The notes: generated by a model from the sequence alone, not told the origin. A stretch of 63,756 nt of DNA, filler included, from Octopus bimaculoides (GCF_001194135.2; 6 parts of 6 records of this genome joined end to end with filler, not necessarily neighbours in it); one strand, 5' to 3'. Numbered from the whole stretch's first letter, positions 26,331 through 38,377 are shown. Numbers and translations: made by a program.

Positions 26331-27247
26331 TGTTTTAAAATGAGCTATGTGTGATTTTAGGGACATTTGGCTGCTATTTCTGACAAAGAGAGATCTATTA
26401 GAAATAGCAGAGGTTCCCATATTGGGTTGTAACATGGTTGTAGATTCTGATGATAACCGCAGTGGGGACAAGCAGAAAAGGTGCAGATGACCAGATGACC
26501 AGAGTTTGATAGTTACTGTTCCTCTGTGATTATCATCTCAGTAAAGTGTTTCGCCTAATGAAGTTATTGATATTGTTACTTTATACAGAAGTCCTTTTCA
26601 TATATGCTTAGACTGAGTAGAAGGGAAGGACAGAAACAGGCATCTTGCAGTAAAGTAGATACATGGCTACCTCGGTGGGAGAGAGAAGAGATAGAGGAGG
26701 AAGGGTGAGAGAGGAGACATAGAGGGGGAAGGAGAGAGAGAAGAGAAGAATGAAGATAGTGAAAATGTGATGCGGGGTACACCCAAGTTACAGAGAGATG
26801 TATATAAGTGAGGTAGGACCAAGGATTGGATAGGGTGAGTGGATGGGTTAGTTCACAAGATTACAAAAGGAGAGTGGGAGGTGTGTGTGCATTTCATACA
26901 CACATAATTTTTCTCGTCTGCCCGTAAAGCCTTTTCTGTTTGTTTTCCTGTCTTGTTTTTTGTCCGCCACTACATTCCTCCATGGCTAGATTTAATTTGC
27001 GTATACAAATTTAATCTGCGATCCATGGGACGAGCCGTTTTAACGATGCGTCCTGCCCGAAGCTCGTCAAAACGCCGGTGTTAAAACGTGGGTAGCTGAT
27101 GAAGTAGAATGTTCTCTATGTGGCTCGTGTGTTTTCTCATCTACGTTTGTTTGCAATGTCCTGTACCCAGATATGCACCTATACATACAGGTGGATGTCG
27201 GTATGCACATACCTGTACATATATATGCATATACTCATTTACTATTT

Positions 27248-27309
<62 letters not shown>

Positions 27310-27313
<4 letters not shown>

Positions 27314-27480
27314 GAAATTTACAGAAAAACAAAGGACAAAGACAGGTGTATAAACAACAAGCAGGTGTTTGACGCTCGGGAAGGTGAGAAAGTCTTTTAT
27401 GTTTCAAGCCTATGCTCTTCAACAGGAAGGAACACAAGGAAATAAACAGAGAGAGAATAAAAAAACTTGTGGAGTTAGTA
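27310..27480 (-). mobile_element. Probable Penelope-like terminus with a degenerate hammerhead-like motif
   Basis: Minus strand ccttc-CTGTTGA-a-GAGC-atag-GCTT-GAAAC-AT-A-aaag; abuts (TA)n; shares gacgctc(a/g)ggaa with 47315. Confidence 0.5.
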
Positions 27481-27532
27481 GTCAATCATGTATATATATA
27501 TACATACACACACACACACATGCACATACACA

Positions 27533-27672
27533 CATGATGGGTTTCGTCCAGTTTCTGCCTACCAAATCCTCTCATAAGGCTTTGGTTGGTTTGGGGTTAT
27601 GGTAGAAAACACTTGTCCAAGGTGCCATGCAGTGGTTGGGAAGCAAACTTCTTACCTCATAGCTATGTCTAT
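27533..27672 (-). mobile_element. OR-like SINE 5' half, decayed
   Basis: Reverse complement aligns to 8565-8710. Confidence 0.7.
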
Positions 27673-27781
27673 GCTTATTTCTGTTTAAGCATTTATCTAA
27701 ATGGTCATCTGTTTGTTAATCTACTTATATATCTGAGATTTATTAAAAATTTTTTTTTGCTTGTCCAACCAGTGGTCTTTG

Positions 27782-27814
<33 letters not shown>

Positions 27815-27933
27815 TGTTGTCGTTGTTATCATCCTTGTCATCATCATCATCACTATCATCATCATTGTCATTATCACTATCATTGTCATTGCTAATGCAT
27901 TCATAAGCCTTTTCCTATTTTATTCTTTTTCAG

Positions 27934-28792
27934 TGAGTGGAGTTGATATCAGGTTAAAAAACCCCAATGATGGTTACTTCCTGAAATTTCAACATCACAG
28001 TCCCCAGACACAGCAAGAATCATTGATAATAACAGAACCAACAGGAGAATTACCTGTGGTGCAGGCACAGCTGGGGCCTTTCTTCTCTGAGAAGCCCATT
28101 CCCAGACACCTTCTGGACACATCAACATACAATGACTCAAACATTCTTGACCGTTTCACAATGGATGGGCGAGACATCAGCGTCCACTTGGTCTCCTCAA
28201 AAATCACACCAGACAGCCCCATGTTGCAAATCCTCATCCATGCTGGAATGATGAATTATGGTAATGGTGGGAATGATCGAGGGGACAGTGGAGGTGTTGG
28301 TGGTTCTTCATCTGGCAAACAGACAGCGCTACTGCTGTCGACGTTTCCGTCGAGGCGTCGTTGGTGTGGGCAGGTGTTCGTGCAGCATCTTGACGATGAG
28401 CTGACCGCAGCCTGCCTACTCAACGACAAGTACAACGGTTGCGTGGCCGGTGTGGAGGTGCCTGAGGAGTGGTGGGTATCACCAAACAAAACAACAGTCA
28501 CTGTCTACTATACAGTGACTGGCATCAACAAGAATGAGGAGTGTGGAAATCCCGCATATGTTTCCGGTGCAGCATTACAAATCAACGCCTCGGATGCTGC
28601 AGCTGAGATAGTTACAGAGAACCGACGCTACCTGACCACCCTCTCACTTTCATCCAACGAGGAAGAGTACAAAGACATAGAAGAAAAGCATGTCATTATC
28701 TCTGTCCCCACAGCAACCTACCGTCCAGGATCGCTGTTCTATGTTCCGATTAAATTGGAAGCTGACTCTGATGTCCAAGTATTTGTGATTCG
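27934..28792 (+). CDS. TMEM132: Internal coding exon of a TMEM132-family transmembrane protein (N-terminal extracellular region)
   Basis: Open 859-nt exon with polypyrimidine tract and cag| acceptor (phase 1) and CG|gtgagt donor (phase 2). Motifs ELPVVQAQLGPF, ISVHLVSSKI...PMLQILIH, WCGQVF...ACLL...GCVAGVEVPEEWW, VTVYYTV, EECG and VIISVP...PG...VPIKL...FVIR parallel recalled vertebrate TMEM132 motifs (LPVLNASYGPF, PKVQVLFH, LCVAELEL..WF, VELYYTV, FTLR). It has four Cys and NxS/T sequons. The paralogue cannot be assigned. Confidence 0.9.
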
Positions 28793-28944
28793 GTGAGTAC
28801 TTATCTGAATTTTGATACATTTATCAAACCCTATCTCAGGGGCTGTATTGTTATATGTGTATGTATGTATACATGTGTGTCTGCATATTATTATACATGT
28901 GTGTGTTTATGTAAATGTGTGTGTGTGTGATCAAAATCACTGTT

Positions 28945-29910
28945 ACCATCATCATCAACATTTAATGTCCGTTTTCCATGCTGGTATGAGTTAGATGACT
29001 TGACAGGAACTGGCATGGTCAGGGGCTGCACCAAGTTCCATATTCTGTTTTGGGCTTGCTTTCAATGGCTGAATGTCCTTTCTAATGCCAACCACTTTAC
29101 AGAATGTACTGAGTGCTTTGTTAGTGACACCATCACCAGTGTTTTTTATGTGGTACCAATGCTTTTTTACACACAACTTTTTAACACACCAATGCTTTTT
29201 TACATGGCAGCTTGGTTTTGGGATCTCAATTCTGATGTGGGTGGATCTTCTTGAGTACAGCAATGAGCTGCATATTTTAGTCCCCTTTCATCTCCTTTAT
29301 AAGGCTTAGTGTTTTGAGATCAGCCTTCAATACTTTGTCCTATGTTTCCTGGGTCTCCCTCTTCCACAACTTTCCACCACTTTAAGTAATCGACATTTCT
29401 TTAAGCAACTGTCCTCATCCATCTGCATCACATAACCAAACCAGCACAGTCTCCTCTCTTATACACTGCATATAATTCCTCTTATGCCCAAATTCTCTCT
29501 CAGTACATCAGTGCTCTGTCACACATGTACACTGACATCACACATCTAGCAGAACACACCAGCTTTGTTCCTTCCCAGCCTTCACATATCCTCTACATTC
29601 TGGTCTCACATCTGATTACCATACAGCATCACAGTTCATACACATGCATCATACAATCTTCCCTTCACTCAGAGAGATAGACCTTTAGTTGCCAACAGAG
29701 GTAAAAGTTATTTGAACTTTCGCCATCTTATTCTTATTCTAGCAATTGCACTTTCTGTACAATTTCCTCCACCGCTAATTAGGTTACCTTGGTAGCAAAA
29801 ATTATCTACAACTTCTAGAGTCACTGGGACATTTGAGGAAATCAGTTTCCATGGATCTGTGGTCTTCATGGCTCCCGTTCATCTTACACACAGATGCATG
29901 CACAGGTGCA
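28945..29910 (-). mobile_element. Decayed RTE-type LINE 3' ~1 kb
   Basis: Minus translation LEVVDNFCYQGNLISGGGNCTESAIARIRIRWRKFK*LLPLLATKGLSL*VKGRLYDACV, then the C-terminus, 3' UTR and a (GAT)n tail at ~28945-28958. Confidence 0.8.
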
Positions 29911-30371
29911 TACACACACACACACAACTAGACAGGCATGGAACACTTACATTCAAAACTCTGAGTTTCTTGACAGTAATTTATTTGATACCCTTTGTTG
30001 TTCTTCAACTGTTGCATGTTTAAAATAGGAGAGAAAAAAAACCCATTGATGTTAAGCCAAAGGCCATCAATGAGTTGTTTGATCATTCAAGAAGACCAAC
30101 CCTTCAAGATGTGACTATGAGACTTTGGTAAAAAAAAAAAAATAACCCTCAATGTGTTCATGTATGATTGAGATCAAAATAAAATAAAACAATATATTAA
30201 AGTATGGTAAAATAAAGAAAATTTTAAAAATTAATTAAAATTAAAAATTTAAAAATAAAAATTAGTAATTGAGTATGAAAACTGATACTCTAAGTAGATG
30301 ATTTATTGAAAAGAGAAGTGATAACAGCCACACTGCTTGAAGCAAGTGACTTTCATTGGTGCAATTGTGAA

Positions 30372-30418
<47 letters not shown>

Positions 30419-30424
30419 GCATAC

Positions 30425-30610
30425 ACTAGTGTGGCTTCTTTCAGTTTCCATTTACGAAATGCTCTCACAGGTCTAGTGCTTGGAGCTATAATAGAAACTA
30501 ATGCTTGGAAATATACTAGAAGACACTTGCTCAAGATGGATCACAGTGGGATTGAATCCAAAACGACTTGATTGCACAGGGAACTTCTTAACCACACATC
30601 CAATTAGATG
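30425..30610 (-). mobile_element. OR-like SINE 5' half, decayed
   Basis: ttctttcagtttcc...tagaagacacttgc...cagtgggattgaatcc...cttaaccacac is the reverse complement of the family head. Confidence 0.65.
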
Positions 30611-30655
30611 CTTGCATTTAAATTTTATGCATACATACACATGTAGTGATGATGA

Positions 30656-30686
<31 letters not shown>

Positions 30687-31205
30687 NNNNNNNNNNNNNN
30701 NNNNNNNNNNNNNNNNNNNNNNNNNNNNNNNNNNNNNNNNNNNNNNNNNNNNNNNNNNNNNNNNNNNNNNNGTAACTTCATTTAGTCAAGGAAGCAGTTT
30801 ATCAGATACCTGAAAGGAGAACAGCTTTTGTAACCTTTCACCATGAACACTCCTACTTTGATATACACTACATCACATCTGCTCAGGTGGGTGGAGGATT
30901 AGTTGCAGTAAAGGTGTGGGAGGGAGCCAACTGAGTCTGCTCTGATAAAACCTTCTTCTGTTGTTACTAGATCTGCTGTTGTTGAGAGGGTGGAGGGTGT
31001 GTTGGTAACAGTACTAGCAGAATCTTTAGCGTGTGGAACAAAATATCTAGTGGTATTTGTTCTGGTATTTTATAGTCAGGTGGTGGTGAGGAAAGGAGAA
31101 TGGTTGTAGGAGTAAAGTAAAATTTGTTCATTCACCTATTTTTCCCTCTTCATTCACTACTTACCAACTCCGGCAACCTGAACCCCTCCCACACTCAAAG
31201 CAGTA

Positions 31206-31254
<49 letters not shown>

Positions 31255-31257
31255 TAA

Positions 31258-31375
31258 AATGTACGTCACCCTTTCAAAGCCTAGCCAGGCTCATGGGCCC
31301 GGTTTCACGGTTTCTAACCCTAACCCTAAACCCCCCCCCCAGCTGGATGGACGCCAGTCCATTGCAGCGTTACTC
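31258..31375 (-). mobile_element. 3' part of a tRNA-derived SINE
   Basis: gcctagccaggctcatgggcccggtttc...cagctggatggacgccagtccattgcagcgttactc; family assignment from recall. Confidence 0.55.
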
Positions 31376-31476
31376 AAGAAACAAGAAGAAAGAGTGAGAG
31401 AAAGTTGGGCCGAAAGAATACAACAGGAGTCGCCACCACCCCCTGCCAGAGCCTTGTGGAGCTTAGGTGTTTTCGC

Positions 31477-31576
31477 NNNNNNNNNNNNNNNNNNNNNNNN
31501 NNNNNNNNNNNNNNNNNNNNTTAATTAATTAANNNNNNNNNNNNNNNNNNNNNNNNNNNNNNNNNNNNNNNNNNNN
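31477..31576. other. Scaffold gap with synthetic TTAATTAATTAA linker
   Basis: 44 N + 12 nt + 44 N. Confidence 0.95.
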
Positions 31577-33710
31577 GAGGACTTGACACAGTCCTTAAAT
31601 CGCAGCCTTGGTTTCTGCCGGAGTTTCCTACCATTCACAAGTTCTCCATATATCGTCTGCTTAGGAATCATGCTATCCTTCATTATAATAAGGTGTCCAG
31701 TCCAACGTAACCGGTGCCTGTGCACCATTGCCTCAATACTCAAGATATCAGCTGTCCTCAGGACCTGTGTGTCTGGAATTTTTGAGGTCCAGCCAACATT
31801 GAGAATGTGTCTGAGACATCTCTGATGAAAGCGTTCAAGGACCCTTACCTGATGTTTGTATAGAGTCCCTGTCTCACATGAGTAGAGGAGCGATGTCAGT
31901 ACACATGCACGGTACACAGCAACTTTTGTTTGCCTTGTGATGCCATGCTGGAACCAGACACAAGACGGAAGAGACTGGAAGGAATTAGTTGCTCTCTGCA
32001 ACCTGAAAGATATTTCCTCATCCGGGGAGCAAGAACGGCTGAGTGTGCTGCCCATGTAGACACACTTGTCTACTACCTTCAGAATTGTTTCTTCAACCAA
32101 GATAGCTGGTTTCACATATGGATTTCCTGGTGCAGGCTGGAACATTACAACAGTCTCGTCCAGGCTAATGCCAAGTCCAAATGCCTTGCAAGAAGCAGAA
32201 ATGCAATTCATGAGTATTTACATGTCATCCACTGTATGAGTGACTAAGTCACAGTCATCTGCATAAAGGAGATCATGAATATTAGACTGGAGAACCTTTG
32301 AATTGGCAGCAAATCAGCGAAGATTAAAGAGGCAGCTAGAAGATCGATATCTGACATATATTCCGAGAGAGCTAACCTTAGCAAAAGCATGAGTAAAAGC
32401 AGTAGCAAAGTACAAAGAAAAGGAAGTTGGGGCAAGGATGTCACCCTGTTTGACACCATTCTCTACAGGAATGGGTCCCGCCATGCCACCACCAACATTG
32501 ACCCAAGCCTCCATCCCATCATGAAATGATTTAATTATAGATACAAAGTGATCCGGACGTCCAAGTTTACCAAATATTTTCCATAGAAAGGCCCTATTTA
32601 CAGTATCAAAGGCCTTTGTTAAATCAATGAATACCTGGACAAGATCCATATTCTGCCCATAGCACTTCTCCTGCATCTGTCTTGTTGTGAAAATCATATC
32701 CATTGACCCTCTACCAGATCGGAAGCCACATTGAGATTCAGATAGGATATCATTTATGAGACACCCATTCAGACGGGTAAGAAGAATATTTGCCAGCAGC
32801 TGATAATAGAGCAATACTTCTGTAGTCACCACACATTGTTCTGGCTCCTTTTCTTTTATATAGAGGAAGAATAATTGCATCCTTCCAGTCCTTAGGGATT
32901 GCACCATCCCTCCAGACTGCACTAATAAGTTCATGAAGGGACTATGTGATGTAATTACCACCAAATCGCAAGACCTCAGCACAAATTCCATCCTTTCCAG
33001 GTGCCCTACCAAGATTCAATTTACTTATTGATGTCATTACTTCATCTATTGAGGGCGAAGAGTCTAAGGAGCCAATGATAGGTCTTTGTTGCATAGTATC
33101 AATCACTGTTTCATCCACAACTGACTCATGGTTTAGGAATTCAGAGAAGTGTTCGATCCAGTGACCTGTGATTTCTGTTGATTTAGTAAACAGAGTGGAA
33201 GACCCCTTGGAAAGTAAAGGAGCTTATGTGGAGCTCTTAGGCCCATAAACTTGCTTCATAAGATAGTAAAGCTTCTTGCTGTCATTTGCATCAGCTGCAG
33301 CCTGAACATCATGTGCAAGATCCTCCCATCAAGTGTTCTGCATCTTCCTGAGAGATCGCTGCAGTGGTGATTTTACACTGTTATAGTGGGCAAGTGCTAG
33401 ACTTCGCTGCACAGTAGACAGTTCTCTGTGTAGCAATACACTGTAGACATGGCGCTTTACCACCAATAGTCGCTGAACTTCAACATCATTTTCATCAAAC
33501 CAGTCTGTGTGTCTGGCAGTAGCATATCCCAGTGTTTCAGCTGCACATTGAAGAACCTGGTCTCGAAAATCTTCCCATGCTGCAATATTTTCAATGCTGG
33601 ACAAGCGAGTCTGAAGCTCTTTCCTAACCTCAACATCATATACCTTGTGGACATTCAGACGCTGGGGAATGCTGACTGGTCCTCTTCTCTCTTTCACTCC
33701 AATCATTATT
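31577..33710 (-). mobile_element. RTE (BovB-like) LINE ORF2 relic, with frameshifts and stops
   Basis: RT motifs SQCGFRSGRGSMDMIF, FIDLTKAFDTVNR, GVKQGDILAP; C-terminal LLYSCET...LERFHQRCLRHIL...RLRWTGHL...KPRLRFKDCVK; linker DWFDEND. Confidence 0.9.
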
Positions 33711-35297
33711 CCACACCAAGGTATGAAATTTTTGTTAACGATTTAACTTTTAAGTTAACTTTGAAAATCATTATCTGACTAATTAACTTCTGTTATATTT
33801 CGCTTCCGTTAACTCAAGTCTGTTAACTCCAAAATTTCATAAAAACCGGTAAACGTTTAAAAGTTTCTATTGTTTTCAGATTGTCTTAGCATATTTAATA
33901 TTGTATGCGTCATTCTTTTAACCCCGATATGACGCCACTTATTATTATAAATAACTTGTAGGATCTCGTTTGGCCCTGCCTGGATTTGAAACCAAATTTG
34001 TTGCTTGCAAAGACAGCCAAAAATTTCTTTGTCTTGTCAAGAGGGAACAATGTTGATAAGAAGAGAAATTATAATTATTGTATGCATGCCATATTTCCTG
34101 ATAATACCCATGGGGACAAAGGTGATATCTGACATATAACTGGAAGCACTAGTTTATAGATAAAAGAAGATATGTTGACTGTTATTGTTGTCCTCAAAAT
34201 TTATAAAAATAGGCTGAAATGCAATAGTAAGGAGCTGAAGTTAAACAATAAAGTAGTCTGCTGTTGCTCTTGTAACCTAATCTGGTAATTTCGCTCCTGA
34301 CGTTATTAACGTTTGTTTACAAAACTATTTGACATATACATCATGACACGACCAGATATTTGACAGGGTATATGTGTGTACATGTGTATTTCTGTTAACT
34401 AAAGCTTACGTTTTCAAATGATATACTAGTTAGAAATAAAGCGTGCTTTCTGTTTTGTGTCTATATGAATGTGTGTGTGTGTGTGTGCGTGCAGAAGGAA
34501 GTGTGTTTGTGTGTGGTGCATGAGTATGCATGTGCATGTGTGCATGAGTATGTATGCACATGAGTGTATGTGCATACTGTGAATTTAAAACCCAGTGCAA
34601 CAAGGTCGCAAAAAAAAAAACAACAAAAAAGAATGTAACAGTTGCTTGTTATTTTGCAACCATTTTTTTTTCTGTGTAAACAGCTAGCTGCAACTAATTT
34701 GGTGTTAAAAATGTTAACGGAAAACAAACAAACAAACCAAAAAACCCTAAAAACTTTCTTCTCAGACTGAATCCCCTACTACAGCTTGTAATCTGTGATT
34801 AAGACATAACCGGATTATCATTTCCGTATAATATTCATTGAGAATTAATTACCAAAGTAAATTTGGTATCTAGTAGTAGGGTGTCGAATTGGCAGAGTTG
34901 TTTTCGAGCATCAGTTGTTATGTTTTGCAATATTTGTTCTGATTTTCTGTGTTCAGGGACCAAATCCCACCAAGATCAACTTTACTTTTTATCTTTTCAA
35001 AGTAACAAATTAGGGCAATCGATTGTCGGAAATATAAAAATGAGTTCTAGATAGATGCCTTGTAGATATTTTTTTATAATTGTCTGTGCTCTAAGATCAA
35101 ATCTTGCCAAGGTCAGCTTTACTTTTCAACTTTTTGAGATTGATACAAAAGTACCAACCTAGAATGGTGGATTAGTGATGTTGTAAGAATGTTGACTGGA
35201 TGCCTTGTAGATATTTGTTCTGGCTCACTGCATTTATGCAAACCGTTGAAATACATGCCGGAACTAAATAGATTGTATTTGGCAGAATTGAGAATGA

Positions 35298-35627
35298 CCA
35301 GGAAAAATGCCACAGTAAAAAATGCCATAATAAAAATGGTTGATCAACAAATCAAAAGAGCCTATTGGAAAAAATGGCATCTGTGCAGGCCCAGATAAAA
35401 ACAAACAGTTGGTTAAACTACCCTAGTAGTACAGTGTACTGATTCATAAGGATAAAAATGATGAATATATTTTGATGGTAGAGTGTAAAATTGTAACTTC
35501 CTCTGTCTGTTCCAATTTTGGAAAAAAAGTTAAACATGGACTCCATTTTTACTTGTGATATTTTATTGTGGTATTTTTACCAGTGATATTTTTACTGTGT
35601 CATTTTTCCTGTAGCATTTTTTCCAGG
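35298..35627. mobile_element. Possible decayed MITE with repeated subterminal motifs in inverted orientation
   Basis: ccaggaaaaatgccacagtaaaaaatgccataataaaaatgg at 35298-35340 mirrors repeated attttt(t)actgtg / catttttcctg units at 35543-35627. Confidence 0.4.
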
Positions 35628-36937
35628 ATTTGTATTAAGAGGAGAGTTACTCCAGTCAGAGTGACATACATCCTTGTGAATGAATGATTTACATTTGCCC
35701 TTTCACTAGTTTCAAGTAAGCATCAGATGAAATGCTTATATAGAAAATTAGAAACAATTGCAGTTTTCTGAGCAGGTTATTTATTTCAGTCTAAAAACAC
35801 AAAATGGAAATCACCATCCTTATCATTTCATTTTACATTTCAAATAAACTGTTAGACTGGCTTTAATGTCCTGGCTTGTTCATTCATCAATAAGAATACA
35901 AATTTTGTCATTTTTCTGTTTGATATATTGCAAAATTTTCTTTTTTCTTATTAATGGTTATATGATTAATTATCTGTAGAGTACTACAGTACTACTAGTG
36001 CAGGAATATCAATGTCACTTTTCTTTTCTTTCTGACCTTTCTGTTGTACCAACAAGTATGTAGAAGTGGAGGAAATGATTCCAGTATTAGTTGTGTGGCT
36101 ATCTATGCAGTTCTTCAGCAGAGAAAAGGCATAAAAGGTACTTGGAACTGACAATGGGTGGGGTGGGGGTCATCTTGTAGCGAGACTAAGGAGAAACAAG
36201 AATTGCGTTGAAGATCTTGTAGCAAAACAGCTACAGAACAGCTAACCCAGGATTCGAAACCAAATCCACATTTTCCCACATTGTCAAACAAATCCTTAGT
36301 TTATTGCTTCAGCCTTTTTTTGCACTCTTGATCTTCCCCAGGGCATTCTTTGGTCAATTCTGATTAGGGATGAAAAACCCTATTGTTTTTAGTTTAACCT
36401 ACTTTTGTCAGCAAGTTATAGAAACATAAGCAAATAGCTATCTCTCTCTTTGACTAACTGTCCCTGGACAGACAGAAAGTCTGTCAGTATGTTGATTATC
36501 GCATCAGAAAGTAAACCTCTTAATGTATCATTCCACCTTGATTGTTCTACTCTGCCTTTCTCTTTCGCAGCACAGTGATGAAGCTAGCTCCCACACACAA
36601 TGACCATGGAACCAGAGACTTTTCTACAGCATTGAAAAACAAGCTGTGTACACACAAACAATCTGATGAGGTTCTACATTTCTTATATATATTGTAACGG
36701 CTAACATTATAATCAACTTCATAAATGGCTATGCAAATAATCAATCAAATATTGTTCTTTTGATAATTAGCCTGATGCAAACTTTGTCATTAAACCTCTG
36801 TCATTACACTCCAGCATGCAATACTGGCATTTAAACCATTGAAGAACACACTTTTAACAAGGTGGATGAGATTCTAACTCATGCGGGATAACTTCAAAGG
36901 ATTTATAAGCAAATTACTCGCATTCTGCTGTCAACTC

Positions 36938-37175
36938 CATTGCATCTATAACCTGATCATTGATACTCCATTTCACTGCATCTGTGACCTTGTCACCAAT
37001 ACTCCACTGTATTTGCCACCTGGTTAACTGATACTCTATTTCATTGTTTCTATAACCCCAAGTATTGATACTCTATGTCTATGGTATCTATGACAGGTCA
37101 CCAATATTCTTCTTCAATGCATCTGATCTTGTCATCAATATTCAACTGTCTAGACAACATTGTCACTGATACTCT
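36938..37175 (+). repeat. Degenerate minisatellite, ~32-36-bp unit
   Basis: Recurring cattgcatcta(t)aacctg(g/a)tca(c/t)tgatactc(t/c)attt-like units, about 6-7 copies. Confidence 0.55.
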
Positions 37176-37589
37176 AGTATATTTATGGACAAAGTAGCAT
37201 AAAATAAAAAGTAGTCAATCATTTAACAACAGCCATAAAATTAGTTTATTCAATTAATTGCTAAAGTTCATAAGGCAAGAACATTAATAAAACCGAGCAA
37301 GATCTCACGAAAATCTCACAGATAAGAAAATGTCTATTGTCAATAATTCACATAACATAGAAAGCAATGAATAGCTGTAATGTGTATCTTGAATGTTCAC
37401 CATAAATGACAAAGAATAAAAAAAATATATTTTACAATAATGTTTTGAATACATGTACAGGCAACACTTGTGTGCTTATGTCGGCAAACATGTATGGCAG
37501 ATCATACAAAATTGCAAAGGTCATTTCACTAACAAATAATTTAATTTATAATAAAAGTTACTAATTCAGGAAGAATGTCATTAATTTTT

Positions 37590-37756
37590 AGGGAAGGGCG
37601 TTAGTCAATACTATCGACCCCAGCATTTGATTGGTACTTTATTTCATCTAACTTGAAAGGATGAAAGGCAAAGTTAACCTTAGTGAGTTTTGAATTCAGA
37701 ACAAAGTGATATGACAAATGTTGCAAGGCATTTTTTTGACGCCAACTTGCTGCCTA
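37590..37756 (-). mobile_element. CORE-type SINE, CpG-decayed
   Basis: atcgaccccag...tggtacttta...aaaggatgaaaggcaaagt...gaattcagaac is the reverse complement of 57060-57150. Confidence 0.7.
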
Positions 37757-37960
37757 TTTCACAGTATATAACAATGCTTTCTTTATATAACAATGCTATA
37801 TCAAAATAACATAGTATCTATTCTTTTACTTTCCTCGATACATCACCTTCCTACTGATTTTGTGTAAAAATTTCTGTTAACTAAAGCATACGTTTATGAC
37901 TGATATACAAGTTAAGCATGCTTTCTGATTACTTAATGAATTACATCATAAAATGTCTCT

Positions 37961-38377
37961 GATAATTGTTTAAGTTTAGGGATATTAAAAAAGTAAATAA
38001 AAATTAAGGGGGAAGATAACTAGTAAAGGGACATAAATAAGTCAACTTACTGTTAACATAAATACTGTAGTAAGGTAACAGGGCGAATTACAATTTTTGC
38101 ACATGTATAAATTCATAATTAGTCAATGCCATGCCAACCCCTGCAGAATCTTGTCTCGTGATTTGGCTAATTGGGTGATATTCCAATATTCCTCCAAGAT
38201 TGATTCACATTTGAGGATTTCAATTTCAGGAACAATGAACTGTGGTCCCACTGATTTTCCACGTGCCATTCTGATCTATTTCAAAGTAAATAATATCCAG
38301 TATTTATGTCCCTTTACCAGTCATCTCCCCTTAAATTTTTATTTACTTTTTTAATATCCCTAAACTGAACAATTACC
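37961..38377. mobile_element. MITE-like element with ~78-bp inverted arms
   Basis: 37961-38040 matches the reverse complement of 38301-38377 (agtttagggatattaaaaaagtaaataaaaatt...gtaaagggacataaata). Confidence 0.75.
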
